Origin: Sulfolobus acidocaldarius DSM 639
GTDB lineage: Archaea > Thermoproteota > Thermoprotei_A > Sulfolobales > Sulfolobaceae
Assembly: GCF_000012285.1 (NCBI RefSeq)
Contig: NC_007181.1
Span: forward strand, 60,001-92,000
Length of the DNA: 32,000 bases
Direction: 5' to 3'
The position numbers and the translations under genes are program-made. Within the stretch, counting starts at the first letter, position 1; every line of letters starts with the position of its first letter. Of the stretch, positions 12,935 to 21,846 are shown in pieces. The notes beneath the pieces are model-generated. The model saw only the letters and a list, made by a program, of their open reading frames with translations, made no database searches and had not been told where the DNA came from.

Positions 12935-14701
12935 ATGTCTATGACATTTAGGAATATTATAGTAACTTTATTCCAGTTGGACAAGGACTGGACCACAAGA
13001 ATAGTATCCTCTATGCTCATTTTAGGTGTGGTCTGGGGCGCATTAGGTGTTATAGATGGACTAATGGTAAGAATACAAGAGTCTGCATGGGGCATATATG
13101 GTTTCCTCCCCTTCACGCCACAGGAATACTTCGCGGGAATAACTCTACATGCAGAAAGAACATTGTTTGGGTTTGCCCAACAAATTATCTTTGCAATTAT
13201 TATATATCTCGTGATAAAGCTAATGGGGATACAGCCTAGATTGAAATGGTTGCTAAATACTGCGTTTGTTCTTCTAAATATATCAATGATGCTTATGGAG
13301 GGTCCTATACTTATTTATCCTTCTCAAGCCTTTGATAATTACTTTTCGGCAACCATCTGGTATTATCTATCACCAATAGGGATTCCTGGCTACTCGCTTT
13401 ATGTAGTTTCTCCGCTATTTTTTATTGGTTGGATCCTTAATGACGCCTTCGTATACTTGGCTGGTTTTTGGATTGCCTACCACATGTATATAGGTACTAG
13501 AAATCTTAAAGAAAAACTTCCAGTCCCCTTACTCTTCTTCTTAGTAGACATATTAATATTTATGATAGGATATACGGGAGTTACAGCCTCAGATGTATGG
13601 GATATATTATCTTTCTTTGGTGTAGTTCCAATGAATGCTCTTCTGAATCAAATAGCATTCTGGATATTTGGTCACTCTGTGGTTTATATGTTATGGTTGC
13701 CAGCAGTAGCTGCACTATATCTTCTAATTCCCATGTTGGCCAACAAGCCCTTATTTAGTGACAGGATGGCTCGCATATCTGCAATATTATATCTAGTATT
13801 TTCTAACAATGTTCCAATTCATCATATGTATACTATTAATTTGCCTGTAGAACTAAAGTTTGTTCAAGAGGCTCTGACTTATGGTGTTGTAATTCCCAGT
13901 TTCATGACATTCTTAAACTTGTGGGCAACAGCAAAAGGGGCGGATGTTAAATGGAATATAATTACTGCATTTACAGTTACAAGTTTCGCTGGTGCAATTC
14001 TAGCTGGAGTTACTGGTATTGCTAATGCAACTGTCTCATTTGATTTCATAGTAAACAACAGTATGTGGGTTGTAGCCCATTTCCATCAAATGATTTTACT
14101 AAGTATTGTACCTGGCGCAATGGCTGTACTTTACGTATTGATACCAATGATTTCAGGTAAAATGTGGTATTCTAGTAAAATGGCTTGGTTCCATTTCTGG
14201 GGTTATATAGTTGGTGTGGTTATCCTTACTGTATCTTTTGAATTATTAGGTTTTTACGGGATAACAAGAAGGGCAGAAATAGTTCCTAGAGCGGGAGGGA
14301 TACCCCTTGCAGAGAATTTGGCTACTGCAGGTGCAGCAATAGCCGATATTGCCACGTTAGGATGGTTCATTAACGTTATACTTACAATTGCCAAGGGAAG
14401 TCAAGTAAGTTTGGAGGGTTTGTCGTTAGGTCAGATCGTTGGCACTGTTTCTATGCAACTAGATTGGGGTTCAATATCTTTGCTTAAGGATAAAATTCCT
14501 AGAATTAGAAAAGGTCTATCAGCTTCATTAGTCTTGGCAATTTTGGGCGCATTGATGATAGTCTCTAGCTCTATAATCTTAGCATCAGCAGGTGATGCGA
14601 CTTCTCCTACTGACCCACTTGAGTGGTTATGGTTAGCTGTCTTCACACTGGGGATAGTCATGGTTGCGGTGAACGCTTTTCGTCTCTTTAAGGGTTTATG
14701 A
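12935..14701 (+). CDS. doxB: Heme-copper terminal quinol oxidase subunit I (DoxB type)
   Basis: All subunit-I metal ligand motifs are present: LHAERT (heme His), FGHSVVY (CuB His plus H-x3-Y), IHHMY (CuB His pair) and VVAHFHQM (heme His pair). About 588 aa and polytopic. The divergent sequence and the doxC/doxE partners fit the Acidianus/Sulfolobus DoxB family. Confidence 0.85.
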   Translation: MSMTFRNIIVTLFQLDKDWTTRIVSSMLILGVVWGALGVIDGLMVRIQESAWGIYGFLPFTPQEYFAGITLHAERTLFGFAQQIIFAIIIYLVIKLMGIQPRLKWLLNTAFVLLNISMMLMEGPILIYPSQAFDNYFSATIWYYLSPIGIPGYSLYVVSPLFFIGWILNDAFVYLAGFWIAYHMYIGTRNLKEKLPVPLLFFLVDILIFMIGYTGVTASDVWDILSFFGVVPMNALLNQIAFWIFGHSVVYMLWLPAVAALYLLIPMLANKPLFSDRMARISAILYLVFSNNVPIHHMYTINLPVELKFVQEALTYGVVIPSFMTFLNLWATAKGADVKWNIITAFTVTSFAGAILAGVTGIANATVSFDFIVNNSMWVVAHFHQMILLSIVPGAMAVLYVLIPMISGKMWYSSKMAWFHFWGYIVGVVILTVSFELLGFYGITRRAEIVPRAGGIPLAENLATAGAAIADIATLGWFINVILTIAKGSQVSLEGLSLGQIVGTVSMQLDWGSISLLKDKIPRIRKGLSASLVLAILGALMIVSSSIILASAGDATSPTDPLEWLWLAVFTLGIVMVAVNAFRLFKGL

Positions 14702-14708
14702 GGGGTGA
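14700..14708 (+). promoter_or_regulatory. Shine-Dalgarno-like GAGGGGTGA at the doxB/doxC junction
   Basis: The same 9-mer recurs at the doxC/doxE junction (15791-15799). Its GGTGA core is complementary to the 16S 3' end. It favours TTG 14714 as the doxC start. Confidence 0.5.
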
Positions 14709-15799
14709 AAAAGTTGACTGAAGGTGGAGATAGGTACGAGATATATTGGATGGTGATAGGTATCGTGTTACTAGCAATTACTGCACTAGCGACCTATCCT
14801 ATGGTTTACACATTAGGTGGAAGCCCTAACGTAACTTCAGATATCCCATCTAATACATCGAGTAATAGAGTCATAAATACCATAATTAACGCTACCCAGT
14901 ACACGTTTATGATAAGTGAGTCCTCAGAAAGCCTAAAGTCAATTACGATTCTTCCAAACGGGGAAATTTTACCATATTACTACAATCTCATGGTTGTTCA
15001 TCCAGGCGAATATTTAAACATGACAATGTATGGTGTTGAAGGTAAATCAGCCACAGAAAGTATGTATATTCCTGTCTATAACTCCAAGTATGTAGTAGAT
15101 ACAAAGATTTTACCTGGGATATCACAGTATGCAGTATGGTACTCTGGTACCACTAATGGTTCATATTTACCCTATGGCGCATATACTTTCTTAAACTCAG
15201 AATATAATGGTCCTTGGTTTTCATATCAGGCTGGGGAAATTTTAGTAATACCTGAAAGCGGATATATTCCCTATTCCTCTCTTCTTTCATATATCTCATC
15301 AACTAAAGTTGCGCAGTCGTCAGGATTGATTGGAGACCCATATAATCCTCCTCTTTACATTAGTAATTCTACTGATCCTACGTTCTACTTAGTCAGTGAT
15401 GATTATGCATTGTTTAATGATAGTGTTCCCGGTCCTACATTTGCTGTCGCGGAAAATTCCACTGTTACTTTAAAGATCTATATTCCAACTCCAAAAGGAG
15501 ATCATAATTGGCTGTACAACTACTCAAGTAACGGGGAACCTTACGCAATTAATAATATCTATGTAGGTGTTTATGCGGTATGGTGGAATGGAACCATAAC
15601 TCCTGTTGTTTATCAGCTTATAAAATACGATTCGCCAATTAACTTCACGTTTGAAGCTAGAGCTCCGGCATATCTATATGGTATCATCTATCCTTCCTTC
15701 TATAACTTCAATCCAAACAACCTATCAAGTAGTTTGTTAGGAGAGCAAAAGGGATATGTAATGTCCTTATGGGGTTCAGTCTTAGTTTTTGAGGGGTGA
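14705..15799 (+). CDS. doxC: Quinol oxidase subunit II-like glycoprotein (DoxC type), no CuA site
   Basis: One N-terminal TM helix followed by a large Ser/Thr/Tyr/Asn-rich extracytoplasmic domain. There are zero cysteines, so no CuA centre is possible. Position after doxB. The start may be TTG 14714 rather than GTG 14705. Confidence 0.72.
   Translation: MKKLTEGGDRYEIYWMVIGIVLLAITALATYPMVYTLGGSPNVTSDIPSNTSSNRVINTIINATQYTFMISESSESLKSITILPNGEILPYYYNLMVVHPGEYLNMTMYGVEGKSATESMYIPVYNSKYVVDTKILPGISQYAVWYSGTTNGSYLPYGAYTFLNSEYNGPWFSYQAGEILVIPESGYIPYSSLLSYISSTKVAQSSGLIGDPYNPPLYISNSTDPTFYLVSDDYALFNDSVPGPTFAVAENSTVTLKIYIPTPKGDHNWLYNYSSNGEPYAINNIYVGVYAVWWNGTITPVVYQLIKYDSPINFTFEARAPAYLYGIIYPSFYNFNPNNLSSSLLGEQKGYVMSLWGSVLVFEG
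15791..15799 (+). promoter_or_regulatory. Shine-Dalgarno-like GAGGGGTGA at the doxC/doxE junction
   Basis: Identical 9-mer to 14700-14708. It overlaps the doxC stop and lies 8 nt upstream of ATG 15808. Confidence 0.5.
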
Positions 15800-15993
15800 G
15801 AACTAAAATGGTTAGTTTCTTTAAACTGTTAGGAATAGGTTACTTATTTGCTGTAATAGGATTGATCTGGGAACTCCTGGATATAACTCTTCACCAGGCT
15901 GCAACTAGATATGTTCTACCATTTACAGTTACGGCATTTATTGGGTTTGTAATATTTTTCCTGATGGTCTACTTTTCACCCAGTAAAAAGTGA
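15796..15993 (+). CDS. doxE: Small two-TM oxidase subunit (DoxE type)
   Basis: A 61-65 aa hydrophobic protein with two predicted helices, last gene of the dox unit. ATG 15808 (MVSFFKLLG..) is the better-supported start given the SD position. The track start is GTG 15796. Confidence 0.62.
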   Translation: MRTKMVSFFKLLGIGYLFAVIGLIWELLDITLHQAATRYVLPFTVTAFIGFVIFFLMVYFSPSKK

Positions 15994-15994
15994 A

Positions 15995-16004
15995 TTTCTT
16001 TTTT
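15995..16004 (+). terminator. Oligo-T tract after doxE
   Basis: TTTCTTTTTT starts 2 nt after the doxE stop, in the 11-nt gap to convergent tatD. Confidence 0.35.
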
Positions 16005-16736
16005 CTATTTCATCAGTATCTTTTTAGTGAAGTTCTCATGAATTTGTCGAATAACCTCCTTCTCTTCAATTTTCTTTAATTCAGCTATCTTCTTTACTGT
16101 AAATATTACATTACAAGGCTTATTTCTCTCCATCTTTTGTGGTGGTAGAAAGGGTGAATCTGTTTCAGTTAAAATATAGTTTAAATCTATATTTTTTACT
16201 ACTTCTTGCCTGTATTTATCCCTAACTATAACTGGTGGAATTGAAATCATGCCACCTAACTCCACTATTTTTTGGGCTACAGAGGGACTTCCCTCAAATG
16301 CATGTATGACAAAGTTTACATTATATGAGGACAGGAGATTAATTAAATCATTAATTCCTCCTCTCACATGTATTATTAGAGGTTTTCTTTGGCGTTCCCC
16401 TTTATCTAAGAATTTTGAAAGTATCTCTAGCTGTTTTTTCCTGAATTCAGGTTCCTTTATCCAAAAGTAGTCTATTCCTACTTCACTTATTATATTAACA
16501 TTATCGACTAGCTCAAGACATTTATCAACCTCATCTAACTTATCTTTTACGAACTCAGGGTGAAAACCTACTGCTGGTATTACATTGTTATACTTCTTAT
16601 AGAGTTCTAAAGTTTTGAGGTTACTTTTTATATCTACTCCTGCGTTAATTACTGTTATTTCGCATTCACTTAAAACTAGGTCTCTGTCTCCATCAAAAGA
16701 CTCCACATCAATATGCGCATGAACATCTACATACAT
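16005..16736 (-). CDS. tatD: TatD-family metal-dependent hydrolase/DNase
   Basis: MYVDVHAHID (HxH metal site), GFHPE, EVGIDY, IIHVR, H.F.G and ETDSPFL are the TatD signature blocks. Confidence 0.85.
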   Translation of the reverse strand: MYVDVHAHIDVESFDGDRDLVLSECEITVINAGVDIKSNLKTLELYKKYNNVIPAVGFHPEFVKDKLDEVDKCLELVDNVNIISEVGIDYFWIKEPEFRKKQLEILSKFLDKGERQRKPLIIHVRGGINDLINLLSSYNVNFVIHAFEGSPSVAQKIVELGGMISIPPVIVRDKYRQEVVKNIDLNYILTETDSPFLPPQKMERNKPCNVIFTVKKIAELKKIEEKEVIRQIHENFTKKILMK

Positions 16737-16781
16737 TGTAAGCCAGAAATAAATTAAGGTATAAAATAATAAAAAGGATTT

Positions 16782-16943
16782 TTATTTCCAGGCTTCCCTT
16801 AGGATTTGTATTTTCACTACATTCTCGTTCTCATCATAGATAACTCTAACTAGATCTCCTTCTTTGACTTGGAATTTCTGTCTTATTTTTGCAGGGATTG
16901 TCACTTGATAATTTCTTGATACTTTAACTATCTCTTCCACCAT
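16782..16943 (-). CDS. AbrB/SpoVT-fold small DNA-binding protein (Sso7c4-like), 53 aa
   Basis: Absent from the ORF track because it is under 60 aa. Reverse-strand ATG 16943 to TAA 16782 translates as MVEEIVKVSRNYQVTIPAKIRQKFQVKEGDLVRVIYDENENVVKIQILREAWK. SRNYQVTIPAKIR..F.IKEGD is the swapped-hairpin AbrB motif, and the sequence closely resembles my memory of S. solfataricus Sso7c4. An AT-rich promoter lies just upstream. Confidence 0.8.
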   Translation of the reverse strand: MVEEIVKVSRNYQVTIPAKIRQKFQVKEGDLVRVIYDENENVVKIQILREAWK

Positions 16944-17180
16944 GTTTTCCCAGTCATAATATATTTATCATAATATTTAAAACTTTACTATAAATATGAA
17001 AAGTCAGATTTCCGCGGAAAAGGGAAAATAGTACTAATAAGATTAGATGTGTTTTTTGATATTTTTTGTCAGAAACGTTAAATCCTATATTTATCTAGTT
17101 TAAAAGTATAACTTGATATGATTTATAACGATCAAAAAAATATAAATACTTGATCAATTAGAACTTTATTTGTGAGATAA

Positions 17181-17561
17181 ATGTCCCAAATTAGCGGAGC
17201 TAGAATGAAGTTTCCGTCTGGAAAAGACGCTACATTAATTGACGTACTATCGTTCTGTTATGGTCTTTCAGAAACTGATGTACAAGTATTAGTTGCATTA
17301 GCAAAAAGCGGTGCTAAAGGCACAGAAGAATTGGAGAGTGACCTCAAATTATCTAAGGCTTCTATAAATCGTAGCCTCAATAAGTTGCTTGAAATGGGTT
17401 TAGCAATGAGGATCAAAGAGTCTGTAAATAAGGCGGGTAGACCTAGATATCTCTATAAGGCTAGAGACTATAATGAGCTTAGGAGTAAAATATTAAGTGA
17501 TCTTAAAGATTGTGCAGACAAAATGGCTAAACTAGTTGAGCAAGAATTTACCCTTCAGTAA
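17181..17561 (+). CDS. Winged-helix transcriptional regulator (Lrs14/TrmB-like)
   Basis: 126 aa. The wHTH core is LSETDVQVLVALAKSGAKGTEELESDLKLSKASINRSLNKLLEMGLAMR, with a wing GRPRYLYK and a C-terminal helix. From memory, an Lrs14-like regulator is described at about this locus in S. acidocaldarius. A TATA-like ATATAAATA lies about 27 nt upstream of the ATG, which fits a leaderless transcript. Confidence 0.62.
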   Translation: MSQISGARMKFPSGKDATLIDVLSFCYGLSETDVQVLVALAKSGAKGTEELESDLKLSKASINRSLNKLLEMGLAMRIKESVNKAGRPRYLYKARDYNELRSKILSDLKDCADKMAKLVEQEFTLQ

Positions 17562-17582
17562 TTCCCTTGACTTTTCCCCTAC

Positions 17583-18254
17583 TTAGTAAACATCCTCTAT
17601 GACATATTTCCACTCGAACTCACTCACTCTTTCTTTATGTCCACGTATTTTTAGCTCTCTACTGAATAAAGGTGCATAAACCACGAATGTTTCAGCTTCT
17701 CCACCTTCAAAAGCGGGATTAAAACCATATCTCTCAGCAGCATAAACTATCTTCTTGATATCTTCCATTTCGATGACCTTTCCTACTAACTCAAAGGGAA
17801 AGCCATAAGCTGATGCTGAAGTTATAATGAACTTAAATCCATCTCTAACTAGGCTATACATGTACTCTTTCTGGTCTTTTCTCCAGAGCGGAGTGTAAGT
17901 CTTTAACCCAAGCTCTTCAGCAATGATACTTATATTCAATCTCTGGTAATCTGATAAGAGAGCTCCAGCTACTATTCCTTTAGCACCTTTCTTTTTAGCT
18001 TTTTCAAACGCAATTTTTAGGTCGTTTAGCTCCCTGTCCTTCTCGCCAGTAGTTTCCTGTTGTATTATTTCGAAACCCATTACCTCAGCCTGTTTCTTTG
18101 TGAATATGACATTAGGGTATTGAAACATCCAAGAGTCTTCCCTTCTGGGGAGAAGAGTTATTAAACATATCACATCAAAGCCCTTAAAGACTGCCCAATG
18201 TAATGAATATGTACTGTCTTTTCCCCCTGAATATAGCACGCAAACCTCTTTCAT
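17583..18254 (-). CDS. dph6: Diphthine-ammonia ligase (Dph6-type PP-loop ATPase, MJ0570 family)
   Basis: N-terminal PP-loop VLYSGGKDS, then SWMFQ, GA..SDYQR, L.PLW and EGGE.ET blocks typical of the archaeal Dph6/ATP-binding-domain-4 family. Confidence 0.8.
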   Translation of the reverse strand: MKEVCVLYSGGKDSTYSLHWAVFKGFDVICLITLLPRREDSWMFQYPNVIFTKKQAEVMGFEIIQQETTGEKDRELNDLKIAFEKAKKKGAKGIVAGALLSDYQRLNISIIAEELGLKTYTPLWRKDQKEYMYSLVRDGFKFIITSASAYGFPFELVGKVIEMEDIKKIVYAAERYGFNPAFEGGEAETFVVYAPLFSRELKIRGHKERVSEFEWKYVIEDVY

Positions 18255-18718
18255 ATTTTATAACAATAAATTGTATGTTCAGTGGGTCCAAAAAATCCCA
18301 TCGCTGTAATTCTCTTTACCTTTACCAGGTCTAGTTTTTGAAACTGAAAGTCGTGAGAGACTATTTTAGCCCCCTTTTTTGCATAACCTAATATATACGG
18401 TTCAATAATCTCGTTAGTCCTCGTGGACAAATAGGATACTAGAATTGTGGCTCTAGGCAACAAGACTGGAGCCAATGAGATCATATCCCCACATATGATT
18501 TCAACATCTCTGTTATTCTCTTGGTATGAAACAAAGGAGAGCTTTTTATCCAATTCCACACCTATTGCTAGTTTTACCTTAAATTCCTTTTTTGCCACAT
18601 TCAATATGGCACCCATTCCGGAACCAAGATCTAGAACCACATCATTTTCATTAGCGTCTGCACACCTTAACATTTCTCTTGCTACTTCCGGAGGTGTAGG
18701 AACAAATGGTACTAACAT
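18251..18718 (-). CDS. Small class I SAM-dependent methyltransferase (resembles the crenarchaeal protein-lysine methyltransferase aKMT family)
   Basis: 155 aa. [15 protein letters not shown], then SAM motif [18 protein letters not shown] and HTIYCY. The size and block order resemble my recollection of Sulfolobus aKMT. The substrate cannot be inferred from sequence. Confidence 0.65.
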   Translation of the reverse strand: MLVPFVPTPPEVAREMLRCADANENDVVLDLGSGMGAILNVAKKEFKVKLAIGVELDKKLSFVSYQENNRDVEIICGDMISLAPVLLPRATILVSYLSTRTNEIIEPYILGYAKKGAKIVSHDFQFQKLDLVKVKRITAMGFFGPTEHTIYCYKI

Positions 18719-19299
18719 TTTATTATATATTTACTTAATGTAAATTTAGGTTTATAGGAATTTGTAAGATCATCCCAGTTATTAACATTTACAAAGGACT
18801 TTAACGGTATTCCTTTGAGCCTAATTTCATGAGTGCCAACAATATATATCCTTTTAGCCAGTTGTACGAAATCTAACATCTTCTTTACCTTATCGATGTT
18901 ATCCCTGAGAAATTTCAGGGAGTAGCATCCTATAAGAGGTTGTAATTCACCCGTATCAACTATAGATATTTCCGCGTCTTTACTGCAAATCTCGTCAGCT
19001 ATTCTCTTCGAAAGAAAGGGATAGTCACAGCCCGTTATAAATACCTTCTCCTTACTCAAGTAAGGTAATGCAAGCTTTATTGCTTCTACTGGTCCTCCAT
19101 TTACATTGTCCAATACTTGAATTCCATTTTTTATCCTTCTAATTCTTTTTGTTACTATTATCGGTTCATCAAAATTTTCACTGATTCTCTGAAGGAATGT
19201 TTTACAGTCAATTTCATGGTCACACTTATCCTCCCCAAACCTTTTTGAGGCTCCTCCTGCAAGGATTACAACGTTATAAGATAAGGTGCTGAAGCTCAA
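18712..19299 (-). CDS. mobA: Molybdenum cofactor guanylyltransferase (MobA-like NTP transferase)
   Basis: [16 protein letters not shown]-terminal nucleotide-binding motif, GGP..ai and the CD.PF block, about 195 aa. Embedded among moeA and mobB. Confidence 0.8.
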   Translation of the reverse strand: MSFSTLSYNVVILAGGASKRFGEDKCDHEIDCKTFLQRISENFDEPIIVTKRIRRIKNGIQVLDNVNGGPVEAIKLALPYLSKEKVFITGCDYPFLSKRIADEICSKDAEISIVDTGELQPLIGCYSLKFLRDNIDKVKKMLDFVQLAKRIYIVGTHEIRLKGIPLKSFVNVNNWDDLTNSYKPKFTLSKYIIKC

Positions 19300-20443
19300 T
19301 TTCTTCTCCCTTATGGTAGATTCTGCCTCTCTTTAACACTCCAAACCCCTTAGCTTTAATTAGTTCGCTATAAAGTCCTGTACCCCATCTAAGCGGTTTA
19401 GCCAAAATGCCAATAGTGTCAAATAGATAAATGGAATCCATTTTGTGCTCGACCTGTACATCCTCAGAGAGTATATATTTTCCAAATTTTCTCACTTCCT
19501 GTCCTATCATTCTGGAAATCATATGTAACCCATGCTCATGAAATACAGTCAGAGCTGACACTACTTGTCCTGGAAGATTAATGACAGGTTTTCCATTGAT
19601 TACACCGACTCCACCTCGTTTTATTATATTTACACTTACTCCCTCGAACAATAAGTCCCCTAATTCTGCTATAACTCTCTTTGAGTAGTCCTTTTCCCCA
19701 ACCGATGATCCCCCTATCAACACTATGTAGTCACAGTTCTCAACCATACTTTCCAGCTTAGTCTTCAGAGATTCCTTATGATCACTGACTATTCCAAAGT
19801 AATTTGCAACTCCGAACTTTCTGAGTATAGAAATAAGAATAGGTGAGATTGAGTCTGGTATCTTATTATCCTCAGGAGAGTCATAGGGACATAGTTCGTC
19901 CCCAGATGCCAAAACACAACTATTAATATCCACGATATCAACCTCTCTGATTTTTTGCATTGTTAGAACGCCCAAGTGATAATGGTTTATGACTTCTCCT
20001 TTTCTGACTATTATATCTCCTTTCTTAATATCCTCTCCTGCAAACTTTATGTCCTTGCCTTCGAATACGTCTTCACTGAACACTATTTGATTATCTCCAC
20101 TTATTTTAGTGGCTTCTATCCTAGCTATAGCATTTGCACCTTTAGGTATTGGAGATCCTGTTGCAACATAATACGCCTCTCCTTCTTTTAACTGTGGGAT
20201 TTCTGAACTGGATGGAAATATCTTCCCGGCGATCTTTAACTTACCATTCTTCTTATAGTCAGAAACATTGAACGCAAATCCATCCATTGCAGAGATGTTA
20301 AACTCAGGGATATCGATCTTAGCCACAATGTCTTTCCCTGCTACTCTCCCAACTGCATTGTATATGCTCTCAGACCTAATATTAGCATTTCTTATGTTAG
20401 CATTATCTATTATCTTCCTAGCTTCTTCCAGTGATATTAACAT
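19274..20443 (-). CDS. moeA: Molybdopterin molybdenumtransferase MoeA
   Basis: LISLEEARKII, ISAMDGFA, TG.P.P.GA.A..R.E, GDE and GGSSVGEKDY are MoeA family blocks. I chose ATG 20443 (MLISLEEA..) rather than the track start at 20476, which would overlap mobB. Confidence 0.88.
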   Translation of the reverse strand: MLISLEEARKIIDNANIRNANIRSESIYNAVGRVAGKDIVAKIDIPEFNISAMDGFAFNVSDYKKNGKLKIAGKIFPSSSEIPQLKEGEAYYVATGSPIPKGANAIARIEATKISGDNQIVFSEDVFEGKDIKFAGEDIKKGDIIVRKGEVINHYHLGVLTMQKIREVDIVDINSCVLASGDELCPYDSPEDNKIPDSISPILISILRKFGVANYFGIVSDHKESLKTKLESMVENCDYIVLIGGSSVGEKDYSKRVIAELGDLLFEGVSVNIIKRGGVGVINGKPVINLPGQVVSALTVFHEHGLHMISRMIGQEVRKFGKYILSEDVQVEHKMDSIYLFDTIGILAKPLRWGTGLYSELIKAKGFGVLKRGRIYHKGEEIELQHLIL

Positions 20444-20462
20444 TAAATAAATATTTCCTTTT

Positions 20463-20978
20463 ATGCAAAAAAACATTATGGACTGTATAATTCAGGTTGT
20501 AGGTAAGAAAGATTCAGGTAAGACCAGTGCAATAGAGAGGGCAGTCAAGTCTCTCAAGGATATGGGATATTCCGTTACTGTTCTCAAACATTCTCATCAT
20601 TCCCTTGATTCACCAGGGAAAGATACCTTTAGGTTTAAGCAAGCTGGAGCTGATTATGTCCTCTTCTTCGGAAACGATTGTGGTATGTTTATTCCTTGTG
20701 ACATTAATATAATCTATCTATTACCCACAGACATTCTTATAATAGAAGGGTATAAAGACCTTAGTTTAGGGCAAAAAATTGAGATAGAGTCGCCGTCTCA
20801 AATAGAGAGTGTGTCGAAAAGGATAGTCGAACTAGGAAGTTTATGTAATAAATTGGAAGGGAAGTTCATTGTGAATGGGGGAAATGAGGTTGACATAAGT
20901 AGGGATAAGATGTTAAAGATGTTGTACAAACTTCTGAATTTTTTAAATATTAAGGAATTGTCCGTGAGAAATAGCTAA
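20463..20978 (+). CDS. mobB: Molybdopterin-guanine dinucleotide biosynthesis adapter MobB (P-loop)
   Basis: IIQVVGKKDSGKTS Walker A, VLKHSHH and PGKDT..F..AGA are MobB blocks. The second ATG at 20478 (MDCIIQVVG) is an equally good or better start. Confidence 0.75.
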   Translation: MQKNIMDCIIQVVGKKDSGKTSAIERAVKSLKDMGYSVTVLKHSHHSLDSPGKDTFRFKQAGADYVLFFGNDCGMFIPCDINIIYLLPTDILIIEGYKDLSLGQKIEIESPSQIESVSKRIVELGSLCNKLEGKFIVNGGNEVDISRDKMLKMLYKLLNFLNIKELSVRNS

Positions 20979-21150
20979 TTTAACTTCTTAAGTTTTTAGA
21001 CAGTGAGAATTAAAAACTAATAATTTAGACCATTTAGCAAACTGAGATTTTTACAATTCTATCTCTAGTAATTATAATGTTATATCTACTCTATCTGTAT
21101 CAGAATATATGTTAAAAAATTAAATATTTAAGAGAATAGGATAAGGTGAT

Positions 21151-21846
21151 ATGCTAAATCTCTTTAAGTGTCCAATAGATGGGTCAAAACTTATTGAGAA
21201 GTGGAAATGTGAGAGAGGTCACTCTTTCGTCGAGATGGAAGGAATCATTAATTTCGTTTACAGTGATGTTAAGCTAAACGATATACTTGAAAGAGTGTCC
21301 GGAATATATGAAAATATTTGGGCTCCTTTAGGTCTCTTTGTGAGCTCTGGTCATAGGTACTCTGAGATAATGAATAATGCAGGAAAGTTTGTGTCGGGGG
21401 ATACGGTAATCGATATTGGCACCGGCACTGGGAAACTTTTCGATTACACTATCTGTAATTATTGTTTTGGAGTTGATATCTCAAGTAAATTTTTAAGAAT
21501 ATTAAAGAAGAAAAGACCTAAGGTTGTAGCATTAAGAGCAGACGTTAATAAATTACCTTTCAATGATGAGGTCGCTAATGGTGTTTCGGCTATGTTCATG
21601 CTTCATTTACTTCCATCTAAAGTTACTGCCCTAAGGGAAATTTACAGGGTTCTTAAACCTAAAGGAAAATTTGTTGCTTCAATTCTTACGAGAAATAATA
21701 CAGTAAGTAGTATTCTAGCTAGTTGGTGGAAAATAGATTTGCATCAAGTGGAATATTATGTACAACTCTTTAATGAGATAGGTTTTTCAAACATAAATTA
21801 TGTGAGATTAGGAGCTTGGAGCTATATTACTTGTACCAAGACTTGA
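21151..21846 (+). CDS. Class I SAM-dependent methyltransferase with N-terminal zinc-ribbon-like segment (RlmA-like layout)
   Basis: The N-terminus FKCPIDGSKL...WKCERGHSF....GIINFV resembles the RlmA/Trm112-type ribbon, with only part of the Cys set. SAM motif I is VIDIGTGTGK, followed by LPF.D. GGTGAT lies directly upstream of the ATG. Confidence 0.72.
   Translation: MLNLFKCPIDGSKLIEKWKCERGHSFVEMEGIINFVYSDVKLNDILERVSGIYENIWAPLGLFVSSGHRYSEIMNNAGKFVSGDTVIDIGTGTGKLFDYTICNYCFGVDISSKFLRILKKKRPKVVALRADVNKLPFNDEVANGVSAMFMLHLLPSKVTALREIYRVLKPKGKFVASILTRNNTVSSILASWWKIDLHQVEYYVQLFNEIGFSNINYVRLGAWSYITCTKT

Noticed and set aside
16005-16943. AbrB-type small gene read as the antitoxin of a VapBC/MazEF-like toxin-antitoxin pair
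   Set aside because: The downstream gene is a TatD hydrolase with its own TATA-like box in the 45-nt gap, not a PIN or MazF toxin. The small protein also matches the chromatin-associated Sso7c4 type rather than a VapB with a toxin-binding tail.
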